Shown: positions 40,051 to 53,871, counted from the first letter of the stretch. The stretch is DNA of 64,000 bases from Octopus sinensis (GCF_006345805.1 NC_043008.1:76260001-76324000); one strand, 5' to 3'. Notes: generated by a model not told the origin, from the letters alone. A program made the numbers and translations.

Positions 40051-41034
40051 TCATTCATATGAGTGGAAGGTGTGTTTCTGCCAGTGCACGCACCTATAGG
40101 ATTTTTCTACCATTGTGTTTACCAAAGGGAATTTGGCGAAAAGTATATAGAAAAGCTCGGAATTACAGACGCCACAAGATTTTCTGCCCTTATCAAAAGG
40201 AAAGGATACAGACAATATGGACCATTCCAGCTTGAAAGTTATATTGCTGTCCTTAAGACGCCAAACTAATTTACTTAGTCCTGTACTTTGTTGTTTTCTC
40301 TTATCTCGGAAAGTTGAATAATGATTGGAAATCCTCTGGGATAATTTAGAAGTAGTCGCCCCAATATAGAAGAAGACACCGGTACCGGAAGAAATTTTAC
40401 ACTGGTAAATGGAATTTCTAATTTTGGAATTACTGGACAAGAACTTTAATCTGTTAGGGTTTACCTCCGAGACTAAGACGGAGTTTTTATTGTTATGATT
40501 GGTGTTAATATCATTGCTAGCACTGACCACTATACTATTCATATTATTGTTATTATTATTAATTGTACTATCGCCGGCAATATCCCTGACTATAGAAATG
40601 CTGCCGTTGTTATCATCAATACTACCACTGTTATTAGAAATGCTGTCGTTGTTACCACTAACACTACCACTGTTAATAATCCGACTAATATTATTATTAA
40701 TATTACCATTGTTAATGCCAACGTTGTTATTAATGTTGCTATTATCAATACTATTTCTATTATTATTATTGTATGTTTGGTTGGAATTGGTAAGAATAGT
40801 GTCGTAACTCCCGGGTGAAGAATCCTTATTTAGCAGCTTGTTATGGGAGGCAATAATTTGCGATAGATTTCTAGTGTTAGAGAATGCAATCCTTACCTTA
40901 TGCGAATTGATAGTAGAGTAATACCTAGAATTCCTGGGAAAGTTCCTAGCTACGGCTTCACGGAACTGCAAAGGAAGGTTTGACTTGATTTGTTTTCCGA
41001 AAGGTATGACAAACCAGATATAGTTCTTTGTGGA
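40051..41034 (-). CDS. PLE-type GIY-YIG endonuclease with RT-thumb linker remnant and long Asn-rich insert (stop-to-stop open frame; listed ORF 40051-40971)
   Basis: KNYIWFVIPFGKQIKSNLPLQFREAVARNFP..INSHKVRIAFSNTRNLSQIIASHNKLL (PLE linker); NSIYQCKI..FFYIGATTSKLSQRISNHYSTFR..STGLSKLVWRLKD..WSIL..CGVCNSELFYIL..LVN..CVHW. No RT domain and no natural start codon; expression unproven. Confidence 0.7.
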   Translation of the reverse strand, partial: STKNYIWFVIPFGKQIKSNLPLQFREAVARNFPRNSRYYSTINSHKVRIAFSNTRNLSQIIASHNKLLNKDSSPGSYDTILTNSNQTYNNNNRNSIDNSNINNNVGINNGNINNNISRIINSGSVSGNNDSISNNSGSIDDNNGSISIVRDIAGDSTINNNNNNMNSIVVSASNDINTNHNNKNSVLVSEVNPNRLKFLSSNSKIRNSIYQCKISSGTGVFFYIGATTSKLSQRISNHYSTFRDKRKQQSTGLSKLVWRLKDSNITFKLEWSILSVSFPFDKGRKSCGVCNSELFYILFAKFPLVNTMVEKSYRCVHWQKHTFHSYE

Positions 41035-41724
41035 CTAAGAATTGTTCAGTTACATTAAAGGGAATATTTATTTCTGTGCTGGAAAATTGGGGTTGGTTGT
41101 CGATTGCCTCCCCTGGTCCGTAAATTATTTTTCTTAAGTATAGTGGTGCCGACGTTGTTAGAGCTGAAATCATTATTCTCACTATTTCTATTGTTATTAG
41201 TTTTCTTATCCTGAGAAGCATATATTTTTTATACTCCGTTACATGTAGGGCTACTACCAAATTCGTTGGGGTATGTTTTACCTTTGTCTCTCTACCTCTC
41301 CCCCTCTCTCTCTCCCTCTCTGTATCATAAGCACAATCAAACACACAGACACAAACCTGTCACTTCACCACTAGATGCATTTGGCATTTATCTCCCCACA
41401 AACACAATGACGCACACACACACACACACACATAGACACGAATACAGTTATATACATACACACACATAGGCACTCAATCTCATTAGCAAAAGCAAACAAC
41501 AACGCATCCCCATACATACGACTTGCACTCTGTCACCTTCCTATTCTTAGAACTTTCCCCTTCCAACCATTTTTGAACTCTTGAACTTTTTAGAATCTTC
41601 TCCATCCAACCGATTTTGACGTCACTGCTTATAACGGAATATTTTAAAGAAACACTCATTATCACTATGGACACCGTGTGGGTAGTCATCTAAACGTTTT
41701 TGTTCGTCATGGTGCTGACATAAG

Positions 41725-41823
41725 TTCCTTGTCTTTCCTGATGTGAAGGCAGCATAATGCACCCTTTATTCCTTCGGAATTAAGAATATGCAGTCTTCGA
41801 AACATATGTCGAGAATAAAGGAA
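41725..41823 (+). ncRNA. type-I hammerhead motif, A9U variant (right arm)
   Basis: UUCCUUgucUUUC CUGAUGU GAAGGC-agcaua...uaugca-GUCUUC GAAA CAUAUG UC GAGAauaAAGGAA; helix III palindrome ACAUAUGU. Confidence 0.68.
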
Positions 41824-41877
41824 TTTTGTTAAATCGTCGTTCGACTCCATTCTTTCATTTATTATATATATATATAA

Positions 41878-41971
<94 letters not shown>

Positions 41972-42334
41972 GTGGCTATTATGTTAAATGGTCGTATGTC
42001 CAATTTTGGCCAAATGCGTCTTTTTTCTTTCAGTATTTAATTTTGCTTGCATTAGCCGGTTCTTTTGGGAAAACTATCGTATCTCCAGCTGCTTCAGATA
42101 AAAATTGTCAAAGTGTAGTACAACGAGTTAGCATTTTTCAAAAGTGTAATAAGTTCCACACACAACAGTTTTGCAAAGATATTTCTGACTGAAAATATCA
42201 TACATGCATGAAGTTACGATTTTATGCACCCAACAAAGTATTATTGTTGAGCAGAAACTATATTTTCGTTTTCTGAAAAAGCAACGTTATGAACTTACGA
42301 CACTTTTGCATAATAACAACGATGTATATAAACG

Positions 42335-42498
42335 ACGAGCTTCTTTCAGTTTCCGTCTACCAAATCCAGTCACCAGCTTTGGTCGGCCCTAGGCTACTGT
42401 AAAAAAACATACTCGTCTAAGATGCCACAGAGCGGGACTAAATCCGGAAGGATATGGTTGGGAAGCAAGCTTCTTACCACAAAAGCACTCCTGCACCT
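42335..42498 (-). mobile_element. SINE family 2, 5' part
   Basis: cgacgagcttctttcagtttccgtctaccaaatcc...gcttcttaccaca is the reverse complement of the 2271-2420 head. Confidence 0.7.
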
Positions 42499-44917
42499 AT
42501 AGATGTTTACAGTTTCTCCATTTTAAGACATATTGTGCTTAGTCCGTGACTAAGATTTTGTTGTTTGAAACAGATTATCACAATCTTCACAATCAATAAC
42601 TCTTAACATGAATAGTATCTTTGCAACCAATACAAGAAGTCTCATTTGCACTTGAAAGTATTATTGCATTTGGTATGATGATACTAAATGTATGTAGTTT
42701 TATTTATATATGCATCTACTAATGTCTATCACATTTTATAGCATTAGAGTTGAAACGGCCTTCGGTAAAAAATAACTGTTATGCATTTTCTTGCTTGAAT
42801 ATCGATTCCATTCGAGTCATCAATTCAATATCAGCTGAAACACTATACAATAACCAAAAATACTCACTATTCCTAACACTTCAGCTTTATATCTATTTGA
42901 AATCTCAACTCCTACTTTATCACGTATAGCCTAATTATTGAGATATTTCAATAGTGTAAAGAAAATAATATAGTAGAACAGAAACAATTGCGTCCTTTTA
43001 TTTTCTAAGCGTATATTTGTTGCAGATAACGAAGAAACTGCTATTCATCTGAAAAATACAGTGAAATTACATCAACTATGAAGTTCAGTCTCAAATACAA
43101 AACCTATAATACAGAACATAAATGAAATACCTTTTCTTACGCTAAAGAAAACACAATACTTAATTATACAATACTTCTCACATTACTTCAGTCATTAATT
43201 TCGTATGTTTTTATATAGACTTTTACAGGCTGTAATTTTGTGAAAATAACGACGTAGGTTTTATCATCTAATGGTATATTGAAGTTCCATATAATAGATA
43301 ATACAGATTAGACAAATATAAGCGAAACCAAAATCTAGATGACCTCCTGAAAAAATTATTTAATCAGACGCATGACCATATCTTAAATACTGTTTTTGTC
43401 TGTTCTTCGACTAGGAGTTTGCTATTTCTATCATTTACCTTTCTCCCGACGGATACAATCACGATATTACTAAAAAAAGAATATACTTTATCATAAATTA
43501 TGTTACATAGATACTGATTATAGTTATGCATACAATAGTTAAGCTTCGTTTGAAGTTCAATATTTCTGAAGTCTTCTGTTTATGGCTTCAATTTTATGTG
43601 TAGGGAGCGTGATAGATATACTTAGTAGTATAGGTGGGTATGGTTTCGTCAATCGCTTCACCAATCTGAGATTAGAAGAAACGACATATTAAATAAGCAT
43701 TGAATAGCTTTTCATCGACGACTGCAGAAACTTTGAGTAGGAAATTCCGGTGGACTGATGTTGTAGGGTGGAAGGATTGTATGTAGATTTCTGTGTTTCA
43801 GAATGAGTACATAACCAACTTTCAGTTTACAAAACTTCGGTCCTAAAGTAAATTATACCAACTCTAGTGACAATAACTAGTTTGTTTAACAAGATCGCAG
43901 TTTAGAATTCGCAAGCAGAATTCTAAATTGATAAAACAATCGAGATAGTATTAACATCACTTTGGCATGCCTAAGAGAGTAGATATGTTACACAAACAGT
44001 AGTGACCGTTTTATCAAATTTCAACTGTATGTAGAGGTATTTATTTGTCACATCAAGATAATGGTGATTTCTTTATGCTACACTTTCAGTTCATAATAAA
44101 CGTTTTAGTTCTGCGATTAATTTATCTGATTTTTTTGCCAAAGGAAGCATTTGTTAGGTGAGCCTGGGTTTCATATACTTCGTATAAACACTAGAAAAGG
44201 AACTCTGACAAACATTATATATATACATACATATATTGGTAATGGAATAGACACATTTTGAACAAAATCCTATAGAAGTTTCATTATATGAGAAATCAAA
44301 TTTCTCTAAAGCTGGTTGGCCAAACAATAATACACAGTCATATAATATTTACCAATCTACAGTGTTATTTAATATCTTTCAAAACTACAGAGTTATGTGA
44401 CTTCATAATACTGGATGCAAAGCTTTAGAAACGAGAAGTATTCTGGTAAATTGAAATTGAGTAATGCAAAAGATAATTTTGTAGTTATGACAAAGAAATG
44501 GCGGGAGCGTTGTATCAGTGTTGCTTGATTTTCTAGGTAAGAAGATGTAATGAGATATAATGAGATATCTCCTTTTCATTTACTTTCGATATAGTCAGAT
44601 TAGTGAGTAAAATATATATTTACCGTTCAGTCTTCATTTCCTAGAAAAGAATTCTAATTCTGTTGAGTTTAATATCGCTGTAAAAAAATGTAGTTTTGAT
44701 CTCTAACTGTGAACGCTTCGACACAATGACGTTTCGGAAAAAGCAGAGTATAATACAAAATAGCTATGGACTTGCTCGTTTATGGTATCTAAAGAATCCT
44801 TCATATATTTGCTGCCATGTGTGTAGACAGTCATCCCAATGTACAGATATCCATACCAAAGAATGGTTAATTTTCAGTTGCGAGAATAAATGAAGTTCTG
44901 ATTTAAACATACTTAAT

Positions 44918-45358
44918 ATTGGTTTCAAATTTTGTCACAATGCCAGACAAATAGAGGAAGGGAGCTAGTCGGCTGCATCAACCCCAGTGATTAACTGGTA
45001 CTTATTTTATCGTCCCTGAAGAGGTATAAGAACAAAGTCAATCTCAGCGGAATTTGATCTTAGGATTAAAGATGGATGAAATGCCGCTAAGCATTTTGCC
45101 CAGCCTGCTAATGATTCTGTCAGCATTGAAAACATATATTTAATATTAGCTTCATATGTTGGCTCAAAGGCAGCAATTTCGGGAGAGATGTAAGACGATT
45201 AGATCGACCCAGTTTTCAACTGGTATTTATCTTATCGACCGTGAAAGGATGAAAGGTAAAGTCGACCCCGGTAGCATTTGAACCCACAATGTAGAGACCG
45301 ACGAAATGTCGCTATGTGTTTTGCCCCGTATGCTAACGATTCCACCAGCTCGTCGCCT
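44918..45358 (-). mobile_element. two adjacent SINE family 1 copies (about 44918-45125 and 45146-45358)
   Basis: aactggtacttattttatcg...gcggaatttga...tgctaa(t/c)gattc..ccagctcgtcgcc. Confidence 0.78.
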
Positions 45359-46441
45359 AAATGTAAATTTGATATTACTTTCTCTTATAGGCACAAGGCG
45401 TGAAACATATACTTAATATTGAAAGAAATTTATTGCCTCTTAATAAATGAGCAGCTTCCATTTATATTTCTTTGGCAATTTTGTGAGGAACCTGGAACGA
45501 GAAAGCGCATCTTTACATAACATCAGTGATAATTCAGATTTCTTTTACTATTGTATAGGTAAAACATGTCAAACGTAAGCTTCGCAAACAAATAATTCAT
45601 TCCTTTATCTGATATCAGAAGTTGAAACAGCTTTTGAGACAAATAGGGATTTCGTTACCTGAGATATATACTGAGGAGATTAAAATTCGAATAGGAATGA
45701 AACACAAATTAGAGGAAAATATATTTACGTCTCTCGTGAACGCATAATATTGAATATGCTGAGAGTAATACGATGATCTTGTTTAATGGATTAAGATTTC
45801 CAATAAAACTAATTGCATTTAAATATATTTATTGAAGAAGTGCGGACTCATGCAAGTTGCTTGTGATTAGAAAGAGAAATCAAAATTTTATATCTGTATC
45901 AAAATTTCTAATGCCAATTTACCTTGATTTAGAAAGAATAAACATTTTTATATGTTGAAGGTGTATTCAAATCACAGATAGTTAGTATACGAAGTATATA
46001 AAGTCTGTAGAAGTCTGAATAAGTTTCGCCATTTTAAGAATAACGGAGACCATGTTATTAGTATTGATTTGAGTGTTTATGTGATGTTCATTCATGTCTC
46101 CATATTGAACTGAGGTGGTAAAAAAACCCTAAGGTTTTTAAAGATATGTTCCTAAATTGATAGTCTCAAGTTTAATGTTAATAGCCTACTTGGTCTCTGA
46201 ACGTAAAAACTTATTTTATTCAACTTACCATCAATAATTAGTAGATGGTTATAATCGTTACAGCGTCTGACAAAAAAAAATATGGTATTAACTAACATGT
46301 TTTTAGCTCTGAGTCAGGTCCCGCAGTGGGCGATCCTGTCGTTCATATTCCTGGGTCGTTAAAATAAGATACCACTTAAATACTAGTGTCGATATAATTT
46401 CCTGATCTAAATGCCTGACTTCGTGCCCATGTGAAATTATT

Positions 46442-46645
46442 TGTTTTCTTATTACCCACAAGGGGCTAAACATAGAGGGGACAAACGAATTAAGTCGATT
46501 ACAACGACCCCAGTGCGTAACTGGTACTTAATTTATCGACCCCGAAAGGATGAAAGGCAAAGTCGACCTCGGCGGAATTTGAACTCAGAACGCAGCGGCG
46601 GACGAAATACCGCAAAGCATTTCGCCCGGCGTGCTAACGATTCTG
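46442..46645 (-). mobile_element. young SINE family 1 with 15-bp TSD
   Basis: Near-consensus core cgaccccgaaaggatgaaaggcaaagtcgacctcggcggaatttgaactcag; TSD ccatgtgaaattatt at 46427-46441 and 46646-46660; sits at the 3' end of an older degenerate + strand SINE (~46270-46430). Confidence 0.88.
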
Positions 46646-47820
46646 CCATGTGAAATTATTAAAGAATATTCATCATCGGGCCAGATCATTTCTCCTACTC
46701 ATCTATATGTGACTCTTCTCAATTCCACATGATGTTTACAGTGTTAGATGGTGCTTCAAGACAAAATCATCAACAGTAACTTGCAACTTGCCCTATATCT
46801 TCTTAGACCTTATTTCAAATCTATGTTTCCAATCAGATCTAATAGAGAGCTAATTTTCTGTGAGATTAGATTAACAATGAATTATTAATTTACCTCATAC
46901 AAGGGTCACATTCTCAAAATTTCTTTGTTTCTTCTCACATATGATTTTACCAAATATTCGGGCCATATGTATTCGTAGTGTTATAACCACGTAAATAATG
47001 TTACTTCTGCAGAGATAGGAACTCGTGTCTATAACGCTGACGTTGAAACACTGCCCAGTCGATTGCTTCGCGCTTTCGCCAACGAATTATATTATTAACA
47101 AACGCTATTTCCCATTTTCTACTGTATTATTTATTCCCTATCATAGCCTTTGATACTTGGAGAGGTAAATCAAAGAACACAAGTGATGGCTCTTCCATTT
47201 TCACAGATTATTTACTGTTTATTACATGTTTGTAACTTATCTCTCACTGGTCGTTATTGCTATTTTTCTGGAACGTAAGATATTATCTCTTTAATAACTG
47301 TTAGTTCTGTCATTTGCAGATGAATACCTGTGCATACACTCTGAAATTATGAAGAGACTACATAATCGATATTTTTTACCCTGCGGTCATTAGCTTTCTA
47401 AAAATCCGGATAGCATTAGCTGGTTGATGCAATCTCGAAATACATCTTTTTGAAGCACACTTTGTTGTGTCAGTACAAGAGATGACTAACAATGCCTGAA
47501 GTGGAAAATAATTACTTTCCGTGCTTTGCTTAAACAAACGACGGCACCATAATGGTATATTCATCAAAGAACATACAATCAGCGCTGACTTATATTCCTC
47601 TTCTCGCTTGTCTAGGATTGTTATTCCTTTTTGGTTTTCTGCTGGTGCCTGTATCAGATTCATCGCGAAAGACGAATACGGAAAGAAAACAATTCTGAGT
47701 TTATTCAACAAATATCCTTTGCAATGTAATAGAAAACATACAAATAGATATACATTTACTAAACATGTAGATCGATAGGCAGATTAGACTGTGTGCTGAT
47801 ATATACACTGATAGGTGAAT

Positions 47821-47839
47821 GGATAGATAGATGGATAGA

Positions 47840-47899
<60 letters not shown>

Positions 47900-47911
47900 T
47901 AGATAGATAGC

Positions 47912-47979
<68 letters not shown>

Positions 47980-48040
47980 CAGATATATAGATGGACAGAC
48001 AAACATACAGACATATAGATAGACAGATAGATAAAGATAA
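47821..48040. repeat. (GATA)n/(GACA)n microsatellite
   Basis: Direct reading. Confidence 0.95.
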
Positions 48041-48440
48041 AGAAAGACAGAGCTATAGAGCCGAAATTTAAGCAAGGACAGGTAGAAGCAAAGTATCAAC
48101 TGGGAAAAGCAGACAGGGAAGGAGAGGAAAGAAGAGAGAGACAGACAGACAGACAGAAAAATAGAAAGATAGGGGGAGAAAGAAAATAGTAGTATTAGAC
48201 TAACGAAACACATCAGTTAGGCCTATTTGTAAATGTGTAATATTTTCTTATCAAAATAGTAGATTCGTGTCGCATTTGTGACAGGTATAGGTTCCCATTC
48301 TTTCTAGTATCGTATGCAGTAGACATCTCTCTACATTTGAAGTAGTAAGAAAGATAACTAGCTTTGTTCGGCCATATTATTAATGGGGGCAAAACTTTGA
48401 AGTGTTTACGTCTTGTATCATTTAATATTTAATGCATGGT

Positions 48441-48655
48441 ACGGTGGGGAGCTGGCAGAATCGTTAGCACACCGGGCAAAATGCTTAGCAGCATCGTCCG
48501 TCTTCAAGTTCTGAGTGTAAATTCACCGAGGTCGAACTTTCCTATCATTCTTTCGAGGTCGATGAAATAGGTACCAGTTCAGCACTAGGGTCGATGTAAT
48601 AAGCTAGCGTTTCCTCACAAAATTGCTGGCCTTGTCCCAAATATTTGAAACAATT
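48441..48655 (+). mobile_element. SINE family 1
   Basis: acggtggggagctggcagaatcgttagcacaccgggcaaaatgcttagc...gtaccagttcagcactagggtcgat. Confidence 0.8.
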
Positions 48656-49489
48656 GTTATTATTTTATTTCTCTTATTTTTATTGCGAACATCTATTCCG
48701 TAAAACGCAGTGTTTACTTTATCTTTTCCTACTGTATTGACTGTATTGACCGCATAATATGTAGTGTTGCTTGTAGTGTATGTATATGTATCTCCATCAT
48801 CCTAATGGCAAGCAAAGTGTAGCTGTATAACAGCGCTTCTCAAACTATGGATTAAAGTCAATAAAAACACTTGAATTTCAGTGTATGTATTATTTAACAA
48901 ATAACATAACTAATTTTTTATATGTATATTGTTCAACAGAAAATCTAATGATTTATGTATTTATTTGTATGTTTTATTTCATATTGAATACCTGGGGTCG
49001 CAAAAATTCTCGGGATGAAAAAATTTTTTTTAAATGATGCTGTATAATATGCAAGTGATACAGAAACATGTCTTTCTTATCTGTCTGCCTTTACTGTTTT
49101 ATTACCAGGAATTCAGGAATCATAGTGTTACCCTTTACATAATTTTATTAGGTACAAATATCTTTACTTTTGGGTGATTAGAATTTCCGAGCAATCAAAA
49201 GATTTTTTGTTATAAATATGACATGATCGTAAATATCATGACCATGTTAAATATATGTAGTGAGCAAAGGAGCTAAAACCAAGACGAAACCTTGACCCCA
49301 TAATATCATAGTTGAGACCTCAGAAAGGCGACACAAAATTATGCTATTGCCAACAACCCGTAGCACTGCATTAACAAGAGCTTTGTATGCTAAATAGAGA
49401 GAACACTCCCAAGGAAGTTGATGATTGGTGGTGGTGGTGGTGGTGGTGGTGGTAGTGGTGGTAGGTAATATATCAGGAAGGATCGATTA

Positions 49490-50350
49490 CATGGTCAATT
49501 AATTAAAAACTGTATCGCCTGGGGTTGACAGAACGGGATATGAGATCGTTTTCCGTTCTTTTGGGAGCTGCGCTTGAAGCGAAAGTGGAGTGATGCTTCT
49601 GGACTTCACCAAAGCAACAGATATCGCATTGCTGGTTTCTGGTGAAAACGTCCTGACCTGCATCGCTGTACTTTGTATTCCAGCACTGGTCTTATGGCAA
49701 AGGAGATCGGTCACGTCCTTGTAGATGACCAATGAAACACCCTACAGAATTGCAGGGTCTTTAGAGTGCTGGCATCATGGGTACTAAACATAGGCTTCTT
49801 TTGTGGCTGAGTTGAAATTGTGACGGCTCAGGCCAAGTGTCAAGAGAATCAAAGACAATGGTGTAAGCAAGACTTATTCGTGGCAGCATGGGTCTGTGCT
49901 ACATAGGCCCGTCCCTCGACTGAACCTGTGGGAAAGTGCCCACAGCGATACCTAGCTGTTGATTGCTAGTGGGTGTAATTACTTTTCAAAAAAGGCCATG
50001 AAACGTTTCCTTTCCAAAGAGAAACTCCTATTAGTGGAATGCAGGGTGAGATTGGGTGGATCCTTTGGTGATTTGTTTCCGGATCTGAAATATGGGGTGG
50101 GATAGGCAGAGTACACTGATCTAATAAAGAAAAGCAGGTTCTAGGAATTTGTCGGAAGGTCGTAAGTTGGCTTCACAATTCTGATTCATGTACTGCTTAC
50201 AAAGGAATCACTTTGCTTGAAGGAGGGACACCCACTCGATGTTCTGGTGTCTTAGACCTTGATGGAGCGCTCTCAATGGAGGAACCCAAGGTGGTGGCTT
50301 TCTGAGCATTACATTTTGAGTACTTGCATAAATCAGACCCACCTACTACT
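49490..50350 (+). pseudogene. RTE-type LINE fragment: AP endonuclease C-terminus and linker
   Basis: Degraded ..VMLLDFTK.., PDLHRCTLYSSTGLMAKEIGHVLV..TLQNCRVFR (cf. HRWTWYS..EIDHILV..CRVFRSA), and ..LHFEYLHKSDPPT. Confidence 0.7.
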
Positions 50351-52799
50351 GTTTCGAATAGACGGTATCTAGTTACGTTTGACAGAAATGATCATTTTCT
50401 GTTGTTACTCTAAACTCATAACACTGTAAATTTACTGCTTGATTCTCTATCTTTCTCACTCTCTCTTTCTCTCCACCCCTCTCTCTCCCTGTCCTTCATC
50501 TCAGTTTATTTATCTCTCACATTCTTTTCCACCCTCCTTCCTTATATTTAGTATTCTTTTTCAATATATTTAAAGTATTAGTTGTTATTTCTAGTGTATA
50601 ATTTCGTTCTTATTATCAGGGTCAACATTCTAGCTGGAGATAATCTGATCTAGACAGATATAAAATTAAATAAGCATTAAAATTACTCGCAACTACACGA
50701 TTAATTCATTGAATATAATGCATTTCGTAAGTCATCCAACAAACGTCAGGACGTAAATTTAAAATATAACCCTTTAAATTTCATTCTCTTCAGATCACTT
50801 ATAATTTTTCTTTTTAAATAATGATTCCTTGATACAGAACGCTTTGTCTGATACAAAATGAACTTCCTGTTGAATTAACGATGAGATTTTGACGACAAAC
50901 TCAAGAGCCATCTTGTTTTAAAGTTGATTTCTAAACTGTCAGTCTGAACTCGTAGTCAAAACTTATTTCTAAATAAGAAATACTTTTATGGCTAAAATTA
51001 TATGACATAATGACAAGTTGGTGGCATCAGCTTTTTAAAAGTAGGACTTCTTAATATCATATGATTATTGGAGATCACTTGTGTAGGCTACTAGAATGTT
51101 TGTACTACATTTTATCACATCTAAACGATCGATAATTAATGGTACAAATTTTTATATTAATCATGCTTCGTTATCCTAAAGAAAACCAAATATAATTATA
51201 ATTAATCCCAAAGATATCATCGACGAGTATATCATTTATAGGTTGGCCGTCATCTTAATCAATTTTCATTACAGCATCAACGAAAATGATGTTAACGCTT
51301 TAAACGATGACAGATGTCCTTAAATAAACACAAATATCAAATACATGCCGGGAATGAATGGAAGAAAACTTCCGAATTTATTTCATTTTCATTTGATAAG
51401 TGCTGATATAATTGTCAGATTAAATAATTCAATGATAAATCTTCATTAATACATTTTATATTATTATACAATTTTAGCTTAATTCAGTTTGATGGCTGAT
51501 ATTATAACTAATTAAGAAAACGCTGCAAATGATAGAATTTTGTAATGGCTAACGTTTTATGGCAAATCTTTTACCAATACAATCATGTAATTTTAGCCAC
51601 CTTCTCTTTTAATCATTTAAGAAAATTAGTTATAATGAAATAGATCGGGAATATCACCGATAATTGAGAAGATCAGTAATTCTACTAGTATAAAGTGACA
51701 TTTCTTCTTTTCTGAAAAAATGCCGAATCAATTCCTTTTTAAAAGCCGTTGATTGCAAATTGGTGATTACTAAATGGTAAGGAACGTATTCCAGGCAAAA
51801 TAATAAAGTAAACATTCTATCAGTCTTGACTCAGAAATGTGTGTGGTGATGTGTGTATATGAATATGAATCTTTATTGATGCGAACAAAGGAAAGAGAAG
51901 TATAATAGGTAATTCATGTAGTAGAAGAATCATCAACCATGTAACTATAGCAAGAAAAGAGCAATTTCAGTTCCTAGTAAATGATTACGTAAACGCATAC
52001 TAACAAAAATAGATACATAATACAAGGTCGCAGTGTGCGACGAAACTGTTAACTTATCAAAAGTTATTTTTGAATAGGATATATTTCGGTTTGTTTATCA
52101 TGGGGTATCATCTCCTTATAGCAAATTCTTAGGGATGCAATCGAGATATACGATGGACTTTGGGCACCTAAACCTGGCGGAGGTTGTCCATTTCTAGATC
52201 CTACTTCATCTGATTTTTTCTAGACTAAAAGAAAGAAAAGGAATAGGTAGGGGAAAACTGTCCCAAGAACTGAATTTGTACGTTAACAAACCACTTAATA
52301 TCCAAGTTCCCCGATGTTGATTATATTTTCAAACTTACAAAAATATGGTTGTCCATTCATACATACTTATTGGGAATAATGTGGGACATTTCTCAAGAGA
52401 TCTTCAGATCTTGCAGAATTCCTATTCAACAGTGACAAAAATTGTCCCTGTCAATATTCAAGGATAAGTTGTGGATGTATCAGGGTGTTGGTCCTGTCTG
52501 AGACAAGTATTTATTTAAGTTCTTCAGAATAAAAGCTTTAGCATGGTTCTGAAGCTCTGTTGTTTTCAGCTGTCACTACCTTTTCTGTATTTCTCTGAGT
52601 TTCGTTTGAAATAGGTGTCTGAGTTTTAGACAGAGAATTCCTTTAAAAACTGATCTTGGCTTTTACTCGTATGACATCCGAACCCCTTTGCTGATTCATT
52701 CCTTTATTGTTGTCTTCAAACCAAACGTAGCTTCCCCATTTTGGCGTATGCAATCTTATAAGATGTTCTAGTTTTTAACTTTGAAAGCGTCACAGAATA

Positions 52800-53871
52800 C
52801 AGTCAGGACGTGAAAACAATTTGGAAGTTCGCTCTACAATAAACTTTTGTGTTAAACTGGGCGAAAGAGCTGCAGAAACGACTGAAATGCTTAAGACAGC
52901 TTACACATCAACTTGCATGAGCCTAGCTTCTATTTTCACTGGCACAAGTGGTTCAAAATGGGTAGGGAGGAAATGAGATACGATGAGAGATGCTGGAAGG
53001 AGAAGATCGTGAGAAACTCTGTTGGTAGAGAAAATTCACAATTTTCCGTGTAAAGATTATCGTGTATCTATAAAGATAATTATTATGCAGGTTAGAGTTC
53101 GTGTGGTAACTTTACACAGAATTATTGATGAAGATTTCAACATGTGCAAGATTCATACTAAATTTGTTCCGAGGGTGTTCAATGACGAACACAGGGAAAG
53201 GCGCGTTGGTGTCAGCGGGTAAATGGTTGATCTCATTACCTACAAATATAGAGTCCTTGAGTTTCTAGTAACATCCGACGAAGGTTAAATCTAATGTCAC
53301 GATCCAGAGATTAAGACACAGTGTTCTCAATGAAAACATCCTGGCTTCTCCAGACCAAAGAAAGCCAGGAAAATCAAGCCCAGTAGGGAGCATATGATGA
53401 TCCCGTTTTCCGACAGTAATTGCATCATCTACATCCACAGTTTTCTGTCTGACTAATGGGTCAACAAAGTCTTCTTAACGGAAGCTCTGACAGATTTCAG
53501 GATGAAATTTCACTGCAAAAGCCTGTGTTCTTCCATTCAGGTGGGTGGCACCGGCATCAAGACAATGCACAAGCCCACTATTCTATTCTGGCAACCAACT
53601 ACTTGACAGAGTTGGGCACCAAAACTGTTGCTTACCCTCCTTACAGTCCAGACCTTGGACCCTGGAAAGTTCGGTTACTCTCAAATTACTAGAGAAGCTG
53701 AAAGAGCTGTGGCAAGGGTCATGGACGCCTTCACTTTCATGAACTTCTATGGGACTTTCAAGAAGTCGCTGGAGTGTCAAGGGGTCATACTTTAAAGATT
53801 AGAGCTTTGAATGTTTTTGATATTAATAAGTGTCACTCCTGAAAGCCTCGACACTTATGGAATGCACCCTG
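52800..53871 (+). pseudogene. mariner transposase remnant with 3' TIR
   Basis: INFCVKLGERAAETTEMLKTAY, HWHKWFK..DER, KFVPRVF, LVTSDEG..HDPEIK, HQDNAQAH, YPPYSPDLGP; ends gcaccctg|TA at 53871. Confidence 0.88.

Larger units (their letters stand above)
39383..41863 (-). mobile_element. PLE fold-back element: ~600-bp inverted terminal arms around a GIY-YIG open frame
   Basis: 39383-39981 is the reverse complement of about 41225-41863, with scattered substitutions and one ~33-bp indel. Right end abuts (TA)n at 41863-41968. Confidence 0.9.

Noticed and set aside
40495-40818. Hydrophobic Leu/Ile-rich plus-strand ORFs resembling membrane proteins
   Set aside because: They are antisense shadows of the Asn-rich tract in the GIY-YIG frame.
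47376-47778. 111-aa and 85-aa ORFs in non-repetitive sequence
   Set aside because: No recognisable domain or splice support; could be chance ORFs.
48830-49042. cagcgcttctcaaact start resembling a hAT MITE
   Set aside because: The right TIR and an 8-bp TSD could not be matched convincingly.
52070-52780. Complex, coding-looking block upstream of the mariner
   Set aside because: Every frame I tried is interrupted and no family was recognised; needs a BLASTx search.
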